A stretch of 64,000 bases of DNA. Source: Octopus sinensis (lineage: Eukaryota). This document shows, one piece after another, positions 27,200 through 39,161 of this stretch. The first letter of the stretch is position 1. Every line of letters begins with the position of its first letter. Where the stretch lies: positions 102,982,001 through 103,046,000 of the forward strand of contig NC_043001.1 of NCBI RefSeq assembly GCF_006345805.1, written 5' to 3'. A program made the translations under genes and the position numbers. The notes under the pieces are model-generated. The model ran no database searches. It was given only the letters and a program-made list of their open reading frames with translations, and was not told where the DNA came from.

Positions 27200-27745
27200 T
27201 CTCTATATATAAAACTGAAATGCGTTTTTACCGCTTGGTTCGCTTTCAATGCCACTACATCCCGTCCGATTCGCTCCAAAATTTACACGGACATGTAGAA
27301 TGAGGTGACGATGCGCGTGGGCTACCTTAGAAATCCCTATCTTAAAAGGTGTGGTTTCTAGGGGCCATCTTCCTACCTCACCCTATTTCCTCCAGTACTC
27401 TGTCACTCCTCTTCACTTGACAATGCAACTACCGTTATTTAATGTAAAGTCTTCCTCAAATCACTTTGTCGCTATTTACTCTCTTCCAAGAACATTTTCA
27501 CTCACTCTATCTCTTACCTTCCTATACATTTTACTCATGTATCTATCAGCGTTCATGGACAGTAACAAATATTACATCGCCATCCCCATCGCCATCGCAT
27601 TCTATTGTCTACCTGTCAACACACACACACACACACATATACATATATCTAATATTATATTTTTATTTTTATGTTTTTGTTTTTGGTTTTTTACTGTTTC
27701 ATTTCCCTATTAGTGGTTTTATCTCTAATTTAATTTCTACAGCGT

Positions 27746-27802
<57 letters not shown>

Positions 27803-29302
27803 TATGTGGCCCCAGTACACCCGAATGAAATCGGGTTCTCTTCATCAAAATGTGAAAAGGGGTCTACAATTATCATCGCCACAACTTATGTATGTCTTCC
27901 TCACTCATTCACTCTTTTTCCTAATGATAATTATCATCGCCACCACCAACACCACCAACACACAATCTGGACAAGCTTTCTCTTATAACAAATCATGTTT
28001 ACATTGCAACGACGTCTGCCACCTCCGCCGTCTCTATTCATTCTGCAAATGACCAGAACTCGGGAAACTTGGTTTAGTGTTCTATGGTCTATGACCAGAA
28101 CTCGGGAAACTTGGTTGAGTGTTCTATGGTCTATGACCAGAACTCGGGAAACTTGCTTGACTGTTCTATGGTCTATGACCAGAAATCGGGAAACTTGGTT
28201 GAGTGTTCTATGATCAGAACTTGGGAAACTTGGTTGAGTCCTCATCTTATAAAATGTGGCCCCAGTAGACCCAAATGAAATCGGGTTATATTAACCAAAA
28301 GGTGAAAAGGGGTATAAATGGGGCTGGAAGGGGATTAAAATTTAAAGGAGCGGCTGTTAAGCAATTCTCTGTTACATCAAGCTAAAAAATTTGCTCCAGC
28401 CTTTTAATCATCAATGTGTTGCCGTCCATGATGAAGAAGTTTTGAATGCTTGCCATCGTGAGTCTACTGTCGTGAGAAAGAATTAAGTCAAAACTTGGTT
28501 TTTAGGGATTTTCTTTTACATCAAGTTCAAAATTTTACGCCAGCCATTGAACTGTCAATACGTTGCTGTCCGTCGTGAAGAAATGCCAGCCATGGTGACT
28601 CTACTATCCTCAAATTCTATCCCTTCAAACTTTGGTTTCCAATATTTTATTATTTTTATTCAGCTCGCAAGTTCGTCTGTCCCTTTTAAATGTTAGTGTT
28701 TTGCTGTCTCTCTTGAAGCAGACCTTTCCTTTGTAACTGCCTGATATTTATGATTGATCTTTCTAAATATTTTATTTCTCACCTTACTCAAGATCTTTTG
28801 TTGTTTATAAATGGGAGAGAGATACATAAAGATAGAGAGTAAGAGAAAGCGAGGGAGAGTCCGAGAGAAAGGAAGAGTAAGAGAGTGGGAAAGTGAGAGA
28901 GAAAGGAGAAAGAAACAAAGAGGGAGAATCATCATCATCATCGTTTAACGTCCGTTTTCCGTGCTAGCACGGGTTGGACAGTTTGACAGGGGTCTGGGAA
29001 GCCAGGAGGCTGCACCAGGCTCCAGTCTGATCTGGCAGTGTTTCGACAGGTGGATGCCCTTCCTAACGCCAACCACTCTGTGAGCGTAGTGGGTGCTTTT
29101 TTCGTGCCGCCTGCACAGGTGCCAGGGGGGCTGGCAGCGGCCACGATCAGTTGGTGCTTTTTACGTGCCACCAGCACAGAAGCCAGTCAAGGCGGCGCTG
29201 CAATCCGCCACGTTCGGATGGTGCTTTTTACGTGCTGAAAGGAAGCAACAGAAAGTAACAACCACACTCTTACCCGCGCGTAGAGCGGGTCACCTTCAGC
29301 TA

Positions 29303-29303
<1 letters not shown>
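27200..29303 (+). mobile_element. Non-autonomous Helitron with both ends, containing a minisatellite and an RTE insertion (28930-29240)
   Basis: 5' A|TCTCTATATATAAAAC; 3' hairpin ACCCGC...GCGGGT (29272-29290) then CTAG|T. Confidence 0.7.
28049..28240 (+). repeat. 42-bp minisatellite, about 4.6 units
   Basis: Unit ATGACCAGAACTCGGGAAACTTGGTTGAGTGTTCTATGGTCT. Confidence 0.92.
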
Positions 29304-29351
<48 letters not shown>

Positions 29352-29501
29352 TGAATAAGGGCAAAAAGAAAAAAATTTGCCCTTATTTATAATTATCCCT
29401 TAAAATGTATTTTTCATATACTGGCCATTGATAAAATTTTTTGATAAAATTTTATCCTTATATTAGAGGTGTGTATGTGTGTATATATATATATATATAT
29501 A

Positions 29502-30879
29502 CTAGCATTATGACCCGTCGTTGCTGGGTCATAGTACTAGTGCATGTATATATGTGTATATATATGTGTACATATTACATGTACATCTATATATATACAT
29601 CTAAATACAAAATTATATCTTGATATCGCTAGTGATAACAATACTCAAAATATATAACAGATTGGAATTGTAGGCCTGTCTCTTGCAATTTCGATCAATT
29701 GTATCTTTTTCTCCCTCTGTGTGGCTACAATCCAGCCTACCTCTACTTCTGAGAGAACATTTAAAATTTTTATCCGGGACGTCCTACGTCCCAGATATAA
29801 AGGTGAAAATAAAATATTTCCACTTTGCAAGTTCGAGTCGACTACTCCCTTGCACGCTCCGTTGACTCGAACCTTGCTTCTATTGTGGTGAATCTACTGC
29901 GACTATCTTTCATAGTTGCACCAAGACACTTTTCAATGGTGCTTTCCTCCAGGTGTTCAAATCTTTTTTTTTTCTCTACATTGTATACTTTATAGACAAT
30001 AGTCTTTTCTCTAATTTAATTTTTTATTTCGTTTGTTGGTGTTATCCTAAATTCACCGTCTTTGTCGGTAATCAATCCGAAATAGGTTTGTATTTCTTAC
30101 ATTTTAATTTTAATGAGTTCGCGCCCGCCGACGGCTGCAGCGAAATTCATTTTTGGACTTTCTTCTGTCGAAGGCATTCTAACAAAAATGCTTCCGTGTA
30201 AACGGTGAAATTATTGTCAATTTCCCCAAACAGGGATACAATTCAATTTTTAAACAATAACCAAAGCTCCTTCTCCCAAAGGGGGAGGGTTACAGTTTAC
30301 AATTATTTATCAAATGCAACACAACAACGTTTCCCTTATGAGGAACCAACAAACGTGATAAAAATAGTTAAACAGAAATAATAACAACAGTACGCAGTTG
30401 AAGCTATAGTCCTTTATGTATAATAGTCCATCTGGACTATTCCATTTCTGCATGCTAATTTTATTTTCAATTTATTCCCATTCATGTGAAACCACTTATT
30501 CAAGTTCAAGTCATTGATGCAATTTTATACCAATTGCTATTTTTACTTTTGTTATGTTACGATTATATTATACTTTAGTTTGATTTTAATTATTACTTAC
30601 TACATATAATTCAATTGTTATTATTATTTTTATTGTTAAAGTGAAAGCATATAACATGAAATAGAGAAATGTTTTTGTTTCACTTTTAACACGTAATACT
30701 GAAATAGTGTAGAAGATATGATATTGCTATGGGCTCGCTCTAGGCAAGAAGTTGAACATTTTGTTTTGCCCATGAAACTACATGGACCCTAAGTAAGGCA
30801 TGTGTAAAAATTTGAATGAAATTGGTTGTGTAGTTCTCAAGTTTTTGGGAAACACAGACAGACATTCTCAGTTTTATAT

Positions 30880-30885
<6 letters not shown>
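29502..30885 (-). mobile_element. Non-autonomous Helitron, tail-to-tail with the previous one
   Basis: 3' GACCC...GGGTC hairpin + CTAG at 29502; 5' TATATAAAACTGAGAATGTCTGTCTGTG within (TA)n. Confidence 0.65.
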
Positions 30886-30911
<26 letters not shown>

Positions 30912-31360
30912 ATATATATATATATAACAAGTTCTTTTAGTTTCTATCAACCAAATCTACTCACAGACCCTTGAGCAGAGCTGTACTCCCTTCTTTGTCC
31001 TTTCTACTTACTGTCTATGCCCCATCAATAACTTATCCCATTACTATCTTACTTATTCCCCCACAACCCACATTTTAACAAATAGTTCATCCTTAGAACT
31101 GCAAAATTCAGATAGTTGTTATTTAGCCCAGGTCTGCACTGAGTGAGTGCCTTCCAGACGAGACCATCAAATTATATTTTCAGAGGTACTGTTTCTAGGT
31201 CCATATTTTTTGGGCCTGCATTTTTAAGACAGTAACATGTAATTCGATGGAGAATAGACTGCTATTTCTAGCAATTCAGGCGACTATGAAGAAAATACCT
31301 CATTACTAGTGTCTGTGTGTGTACACTGGCGATGTTACGGTACAAGTACCGGCGTACTTC

Positions 31361-31597
31361 CGGAAGTACCAGATACATTTCAAAAAAGTGTTGTTTTTTT
31401 TATATATGGGGGATTAGGGTTTGTGTTAGGGGTGGGAGAAAAGGGTTTCTGTTACCTTCAGAAATGTAAACAAAGTCACGTGTGTACATATACCGAAGCA
31501 TCGCCACATACCCTAACCCTAACAGAAACCCTAACCCTAACCCCCCCCCCCATATATTAAAATAAACACTTTTTTTAAATGTATCTGATACTTCCGA
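31361..31597. repeat. Fold-back element with telomere-type TTAGGG units
   Basis: Arms 31361-31431 and 31511-31597 are imperfect inverted repeats; four CCCTAA units at 31511-31540. Confidence 0.7.
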
Positions 31598-32225
31598 GAC
31601 ACACACACACAAATATATATTGAGACAGTGAATGTGTCCTTTCAACAAGATGTAATTCGAAGAAGGTTAGATTATTTCTAAGAGGTCAAGCGATATGTTA
31701 AGCCAGTCTCTTCCTGGTTTCACTCGAAGTTCCATTATTGTTTTCCTTTCTCTCAGTATGGAATTAACTCAACGGATTGATGTTAAGTCCTCACAGAAAT
31801 ATTTAACACTATAATTAATTAATTAACAAATACTAAGTAAATTACACACGAGTGAAAAATCATTCGATTAGAATGTTCGCAAGAAACGATGTCCTGTATG
31901 TTAAAACTAGATATGTAAACACAGAAATAATAAGATATCACAAATATTGGTCGACAGAGGGCTTAATTTGGTGAATATATTTCAATGTTTGACTGGTATT
32001 CATTGTTTTCTGCCGAAGAAATGAGGAAAAGTTGTCAACTTCTGCCGAAGTTGAACCAAAATCGTAAAATTGAATAAAGCAGACGTCACAAACAATAACA
32101 ATTATAATACGGTTGAACTTCACCACACGGGCATAACACAACAAAAATTTCATTAAAATAATGTCCTACCTATTTATACAGCTTGTTGTAAACATAGAAC
32201 TGTAGACAAAACGGTAACAACTCAC

Positions 32226-32290
32226 ATAAATTCACAATGATTTCAGTGTAATTTCACCGTATTTTGATTTTCGCGCTTGCCGCCATTAAT
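32226..32290 (-). other. MASTL: Putative non-coding first exon of MASTL
   Basis: Consensus donor AT|GTGAGT at 32225, CpG-retaining context, YY1-like AATGGCGG; 5' boundary unknown. Confidence 0.5.
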
Positions 32291-32320
32291 TACGTATGGG
32301 CTACGGTTGATCATGTGACA
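32281..32320 (-). promoter_or_regulatory. Putative MASTL core promoter (YY1-like CGCCAT, M-box TCATGTGAC 32311-32319)
   Basis: Motif matches only, adjacent to the putative exon 1. Confidence 0.35.
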
Positions 32321-32369
32321 TATGCATATAACGAGAGAGAGAGGTAGGAGAGGAAGATTGAGGGAAAGA

Positions 32370-32390
32370 TGCGTGTGTTAAACAGATAGA

Positions 32391-32434
<44 letters not shown>

Positions 32435-32621
32435 TAGATAGATAGATAGATGGACAGACAGATAGAGAGAGACAAACAGACAGTCAGACAGATAGATAGA
32501 TAGATGGACAGACAAACAGACAGATAGAGAGAGAGAGGGATAGATAGACAGACAAACAGACAGATGGAGAGAGAGAGAGAAAAATTGATAGACAGACAGG
32601 TAGATAGAGAGAGAGATAGAT

Positions 32622-32701
<80 letters not shown>

Positions 32702-32830
32702 GGACAGACAGACAGACATAGAGAGAGAGAGAGGGAGAGATAGACAGACAGACAGATAGATAGATGGACAGACAAACAGACAGAGAGAGAGAGAGAGATA
32801 GACAGACAACCAGACAGACAGATAGATAGA
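32370..32830. repeat. (GATA/GACA/GA)n microsatellite
   Basis: Direct inspection. Confidence 0.97.
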
Positions 32831-32974
32831 CTTATTATCATATATAATAATGACGGCAAGTGTTTTACTAAACTTCGTGATAATTACACTTTAGTTTGTA
32901 TGTATGAATTCTGGACTTTTCCACTTGAACGTGCTGTTGAAAAAAAACATTTTTTTAAAAATAAATGTTTCCTT

Positions 32975-33192
32975 CTCGAGTCATGCAAGGCTAATAAGGG
33001 CCGGGTTTCCCAGTTCTAGTGGCGTATATATTCCCCCACCTGGACGGGACGCGGATCCATCGCAGGGTTACTCGTTTTTGCCAGCTGAGTGGACTGGAGT
33101 ACTTTGAAATGACACACAACGCATCACCCAGTCCAGGAATCAAAACCGCAATCTTACGATCATGAGTCCAACACCCTAACCACTAAGCCATG
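32975..33192 (-). mobile_element. tRNA-derived SINE family C (second copy ~21130-21330)
   Basis: GCATGGCTTAGTGGTTAGGGTGTTGGACTCATGATCGTAAGATTGCGGTTTTGATTCC tRNA-like head. Confidence 0.7.
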
Positions 33193-33504
33193 CTGTTATT
33201 TTCTACAACTAGCCTTGAAGCCGCCCTTTGGGCAGTATTCAGACTAGCTCCTGCGGAGGGCACCTTTGAGGCCTTCAGCTCCTCTATTGGTACACTTTGG
33301 CCCTCTACCCTTGTGTAATGAAACTTATTTCTGCAAATGTGCTAAGCACTGATGCTGATCAATAAATATAAGAGCGAGGTAAATGCTGTAAAAAGAGGGG
33401 CATCATTAGGGCCCCATTTAAGCAGCCCTTCAGAAACTGAAACTCATTGTCATTGCTCTGATTTGGTCACCAATGCCATGTATTTACATTATTTACATTT
33501 GACG

Positions 33505-33539
<35 letters not shown>

Positions 33540-33540
<1 letters not shown>

Positions 33541-34630
33541 CAAACTGAACAACCCGAAGGAAGTACAGCAACTATTGTTGCAAAGAAGGTGAAAATAATA
33601 CCCAAACTGAACAACCTGAGGGAAGTACGGCAACTATTGTTGCAAAGAAGGTGAAAATAATGGCAACGAAAAAAGTGCATGAGCAATTGGCTGATAGGTG
33701 GGAGGAGAAACCTCTGCACGGCAAATATGTGGCCCGCAGCAAACAAGCTAAAGTTGACCAGAAGCAAACCCATCAGTGGCTACGGAGCTCAGGGCTAAAA
33801 GCAGAGAGCGAAGGTTTCATCTTGGCTGCTCAAGATCAAAGCCTATTAACCCGGAACTACCAGGCCAATGTGATGAAAAATGGAGCAGACCCAAAATGCC
33901 GATTCTGCAACGACATGATTGAAACAGTGGACCACCTAATCTCTGGATGTAAAGTCTTAGCACCAGTGGAGTATAAATTAAGACATGACAGAGTTGGCCA
34001 ATATCTACACTGGCTAATAAGTTGGCATTACAATATCAAAACTGCCGACAAGTGGTATAATCACCACCCTGAAGCTGTAACTGAAGGAGAAAATGTAACG
34101 ATTCTGTGGGACTTTCCAGTACATACAGACCGAACCATCAAAGCCAATAAACCAGATATTGTTGTGAAAGACCAAAACAATAAAGTTTGCTTATTGATCG
34201 ACATGAGCATCCCCTGTGATCATAATATCTCGGCGAAAGAGTTTGACAAGCTCAGAAAATATAAAGACCTACTCATTGAAATTGAGAAAATGTGGCATCT
34301 CAAGGCGGTTACAATACCAGTTATCGTAGGAGCACTAGGAATGATCAAGAAGGGAACCGAAAATTATATGAGAATGATCCCTGGCTTACCATCCCTGCAA
34401 GAAGTGCAAAAGATTGTCTTAACTGGTACATCACACGTATTGAGAAGAGCATTGTCGATGTGAGAACTATTACTACCCATGTATTTTAATTTAACTTAAA
34501 AAAAATTTTTTTAATGAACGAACCATTGAGTTTAGTTTAATGGCCTACCAATGTATACTATGAGTTTCTTTGCTAGGAGTCGGGAAGTTACTCGGCAAGA
34601 AATGGAAGCAAATTTGAAAGAGGAAAAAAA
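33540..34630 (+). mobile_element. 5'-truncated R4/Dong-clade non-LTR retrotransposon, intact C-terminal ORF, flanked by (AAT)n
   Basis: KPLHGKY...AAQDQSLLTRNY...CRFC...ETVDHLISGC...RHD...KPDIVV...LLIDMSIP...KYKDL...VIVGALG (CCHC + PD-D/E RLE). Confidence 0.92.
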
Positions 34631-34739
34631 AAATAATAATAATAATAATTAATAATTAATAATAACAATAATAATAATAATTATTATTATTATTTAAAAA
34701 GAATTAATTATTATTATTATTATTATTATTATTATAAAA

Positions 34740-35035
34740 GATCAGACAAAAAAGGTGTGTTTATTAATTGACATGAGTATTCCTTGCGATCACAATATAG
34801 CGGTGAAAGAATTTGACAAGATCAATAAATATGAAGACTTGCTAATAGAAACTGACAAAAATGTGGCATCTCAAAGCGACTACAGTACCAGTGATTGTAG
34901 GATCTCTAGGAATGATAAAAAAAAGGTACTGAAACCTATTTGAAAATAATACCAGGCTTACCATCCCTACAGGAAGTGCAAAAAATCATGTTAACTGGAA
35001 TGACTCATGTACTGAGACGAGCAGTATTGCTGTGA
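34740..35035 (+). mobile_element. Second, decayed R4/Dong fragment; others at 47200-47750 (-), 60440-60690 (-), 61500-61610 (+)
   Basis: CLLIDMSIPCDHNIAVKEFDKINKYEDLL; LLGTARILCKVL; ACPADNKV. Confidence 0.85.
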
Positions 35036-35223
35036 AAACAACATCCATTCATGAATTTATTTATTTATTAATTTTTTAAATACATATTTTACCTGTGAAT
35101 TTGTGTGTGTAATCTAGGAATGCATACAATGAGATTCTCTGCCCTAGGTGTACGGAAAACACTTGGCAAGAAACAGAAGAAATTTGAAGAAAGAAGAAAA
35201 AAATATATATAATAATAATAGTA

Positions 35224-35269
<46 letters not shown>

Positions 35270-35271
<2 letters not shown>

Positions 35272-35810
35272 CTCTGATGCAATACCAGACAGTGGCTCTC
35301 ATGGCTTCTGATCTTAACTGATTGTACATTGTTTCATCTTGGTATAAAAGATGGGCTACAGCAAATATTCTGCTCAATACCACAAATTTGCTTGTCAGTT
35401 GTTAGACCTTAATCAGTTGAGCATGTCCCTTAGTGGCTGACGATATGTGCATCTCTGTTCACAAGCAGAAGTAGTAGGGGAGCATCATAGCCATGTGTTG
35501 AGAGGGATTCTTTGGGGTTTGAATAATTCACTTCTGGAAACATGGGTGTTTCATTCAACATCCTTAAACAACCCTTATTCAGACCTTTTGAGGAGGATGG
35601 GTTACTCGATCAGAAGAAAATTCTAACTAGGCCCCGCCTGCAAGGTCATGTGCTGTTTATCTTGATATGAGATCAAAATGCCGTGCACATATGGTTGTGA
35701 TGCATGTGCCTGGTGTACCCTTATCAGACGGGTAGTCATGATGGGTATAATGGGCTTCGTATATTTTACCCCAGTGTCACTTTGATGACATGCACTGCTC
35801 TCTCACTCAA
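35270..35810 (+). mobile_element. ~540-bp non-coding interspersed element embedded in (AAT)n; inverted second copy at 49334-49880
   Basis: Two full-length copies, each flanked on both sides by AAT/ATT repeats. Confidence 0.8.
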
Positions 35811-35821
35811 TAATAATAATA

Positions 35822-35886
<65 letters not shown>

Positions 35887-36335
35887 GTTTCAAATTTTGC
35901 CACAAGGGCAGCACTTTTGGGGGAGGGGATGAGTCAATTACATCGATCCCAGTCTTCAACTGGTACTTATTCTATCGATCCTGAAAAGATGAAAGTTGAA
36001 GTCAATCTCAGCGGAATTTGAACTCAGAACATAGTGGCAGGCAAAATAGTGCAAAGCATTTCCTCCAGCACGCTAACAATTCCGCCAGCTTGCCACCTTA
36101 ATAAGAAAAATGATGATGATTTCAAATCTTTGCCACAAGTGCAGCTTGGGGGGGGGGGGGTTAAGTCAATTACATCGACCCCAGTGTGTGCCTGGTACTT
36201 ATTTAATTGACCCTGAAATGCTGACAGGCAAAATCGACCTCAGCAGAATTTGAACTCAGAACATAGTGACAGGCAAAGTACTGCTAAGCATTTTGCCTTA
36301 CATGCTAATGGTTCTGCCAGCTCACCGCCTTGATG

Positions 36336-36382
<47 letters not shown>

Positions 36383-37538
36383 TGTTTCAAATTTTTGGCA
36401 CAAAGCCAGTAATTTCATATGGAGGAGATTAGTTGATTACATTGAGCTCAATATTTTATTTTACTGAGTCCCCAAAAGTTTGAAAGTTGATTTCAAAAGG
36501 ATTTGAACTTAGAGCAAGAAGAAATACCACAAGGCATTTTTGAGATCGCCATCACCATTATCATTTAACACATATCTAACATGTGGTACAATTATAAACA
36601 GGACAAATATTAGCTATTTCTCCACAGACTGAAAAAATGACAAATAACCTTAATAAATTGTCGAACCTCATTGAATTCTCATCAGAGGAATCCACGTCAT
36701 TTTGACAATCTCCAGAGAAACAAACAGCCAAACTCTGTTTATATACTCAACAGATGCGGCAGTGACTCTATGAAGGAGTCCCTAATTTGCATACCGAAAG
36801 TATTTAACACTCTATAAATATCAGCGGCCTGTCAACAGGGATCAAGGTATGATATAATATATACATAACATATGGTATAATTATATATAGGGAAAATTTT
36901 AGCTATTTCTCCACAGGCTGAAAAAATGATGAACAACCTTAATTGATGTTCAAACCTCAGTGGGTTCTCATCAGCATGACTTGGACAATTCAATAGGCTC
37001 TGAAAAGCCAGTTAGGGCTGTGTTGAGCTGCAATGTCCCCTTTGGCATGGTTCTCTGGATGTTCTAGATGCCCTTCCTAATACCAACCACTTTACAGGGT
37101 GTACTGGATGCCTTTTTTATGTGGCACCAGCACTAGAGACATCACCAAGTAACTTGCAAGACAAAACCCCTTGACAGAGTGCAGGATGTAATATTGAGGA
37201 ATGTGGTTTTCTGTCAGTTATTGAAAAGCTGGATATAGAAGGACTGGAATAGGTGTTTTGCTGTAGAGGAGATACATAACTAACCCAGCAGAAAAGGGAG
37301 AGAGGATAATAGAGATAAGGTGCCAGTGCATACATTCAAGGTGTAAGAAAGTGGATAAAGGTAGAATATGGACAGAGAAGTAAGGATAGCTGAGAGAATA
37401 GGCTCATGAGAGTGCTAAAAGAGAGTGATGGAGTTAGGAGAAAATGTAGCGAATGGCAGGAATGGATGGTGTGGATAATGGTAAATCTCAGTCTGGGGAA
37501 AGTAGGTGTGTGTCAAATATATTTATAGATCATATTAT

Positions 37539-38125
37539 TATTGGTCTGGTGCATATTATTGTGGCTTTTTCAACAAAAACAATAACAATATTTAACAAAA
37601 ACATCTTTAAATGACAGTCGGCTTTTTTTCATAAAACTGCATATCGAAAATCAGATCCACATTCATCATATTATGCTCTACCACTTCAAGAAAGGCTGGA
37701 ATGCAACACAGTCATTTTGCGATCTCAATGAACTTTTTGGTGAAGGAATAATCAGGAAAAGCCAAGTTGAAAGATGGTTCAGGAAGTTTAAAGCGGGTGA
37801 TACAAACCTCACTGATGAAAAAAGAAAGAGGTCAACCGTCAAATTTCAACAGCCAGGCACTTTTGGCAGCCGTGGAAGAGGACGAAAGCTTGGCTACGGA
37901 AATGTTGGCCGAAGACTTCAATGTGGACCATTTGACCATTGTTCGTTGTCTCAAAAAGCTTGGAAAAGTATGGAAATTGGCTGGGTGGGTCCCCCCACGA
38001 ACACTCTAATAACAACAAAGCCGAATGTGTCCCAATTTTTACTGATTTGCTGCAGTGAAATGAGATAACTCCATTCCTGAAGAATCTCGTCACTGGGGCT
38101 GAATTGTGGCTTCTCTTCAAAAATA
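37539..38125 (+). mobile_element. Mariner transposase N-terminal fragment (C-terminal fragment at 52147-52245)
   Basis: MLYHFKKGWNATQSF...VERWFRKFKAGD...LKKLGKVWKLAGWVP...FLKNLVTG; PKDWYFDQIRNLADCWQKVVKNDSLYFE. Confidence 0.88.
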
Positions 38126-38581
38126 ATAAAATAAAGAAAGACAATAACAATATTAGTGATAAAAATGTAGTTCTAGATAATATTAATGGTAAGCAATATG
38201 TTAGAGTATTATATAATTTCCTGTTGTTATAAGAATAACCATTCTCATGATGAAATAAGGACATTAGATTTGCATAATCAAAAAAATCTGTGTGGGGAGA
38301 TATTCCAAAGTCTATATATAGAGAAAAGGTGATGACGACGACGATGGTGGTGGTGAGGAGGAGGAGGTGGAGTCTACATAGTGAGAATTCTTGAACCTGT
38401 ATCACCTTTAGAAGCAAAGAGTTAGAGGGGAAAATTATGATAGATCACGCCAGTGTTAAAGTGTTTAAAGAAGGTTATACAGTTCTAAGTATTATGTTGT
38501 TTGCTAATGAGAGGTGGAAACAATCGCTAGCAAATGTGGGAGGTTATCAGTAGGAGATCAAATGAATAACCTTAGTGAGAA

Positions 38582-38619
<38 letters not shown>

Positions 38620-39007
38620 TGCATGTGTGTGTATGGGAGAAGGAGAAGGAGGGAGAGAGAGAGATCATGTGTAAGCAAATATTTTTGTTAAAATATTTTT
38701 AGATATTATCTCATTTTGATAAAGCCTCTTACTAACAATTCGTTTAATCAGTTCCTATTGCACACTCTGACTACTTGGTCATGACACAAGCCTATTAATA
38801 AAGCCAAACGTATCATATCAGATCATATAGTCTGTATCAACCCATTTTAAATAGCTTTAGTGCGATCCTTTACTATTACAGAATGCTTATTCTGCCTAAT
38901 TCCGATGAATGATACTCAGGAACACAATTAGCGAAAGAAAAAAATGTTTCGTTTTTGGATTTGGTTTGCAAGATTCCTTATATGAGTTCATGTGTTGAAG
39001 CATATTC

Positions 39008-39161
39008 TGTTGTGTCTGGGGGGAGTCGTTTTCTTTTTGTGCCTTATAATGTAACACACTCACTCACTGGTAAAATTTCCACTTATTTCTTATTTTTATT
39101 TTCCTGGTGAGTGTTACATTGTAAGGCACAAAAAGAAAATGACTCTCCCCAGACACCAACA
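39008..39161. repeat. Imperfect inverted repeat (~55-bp arms)
   Basis: TGTCTGGG..GAGTC.TTTTCTTTTTGTGCCTTA.AATGTAACAC and its reverse complement. Confidence 0.8.

Noticed and set aside
29827-29877. Pre-miRNA-like hairpin
   Set aside because: Stem only ~16 bp with a large loop, inside a Helitron; no recognisable mature sequence.
36760-36810. Hammerhead-like CTATGAAGG...CCGAAAG, and CTGATGA hits at 8277 and 24059
   Set aside because: Core incomplete or no GAAA/stem arrangement.
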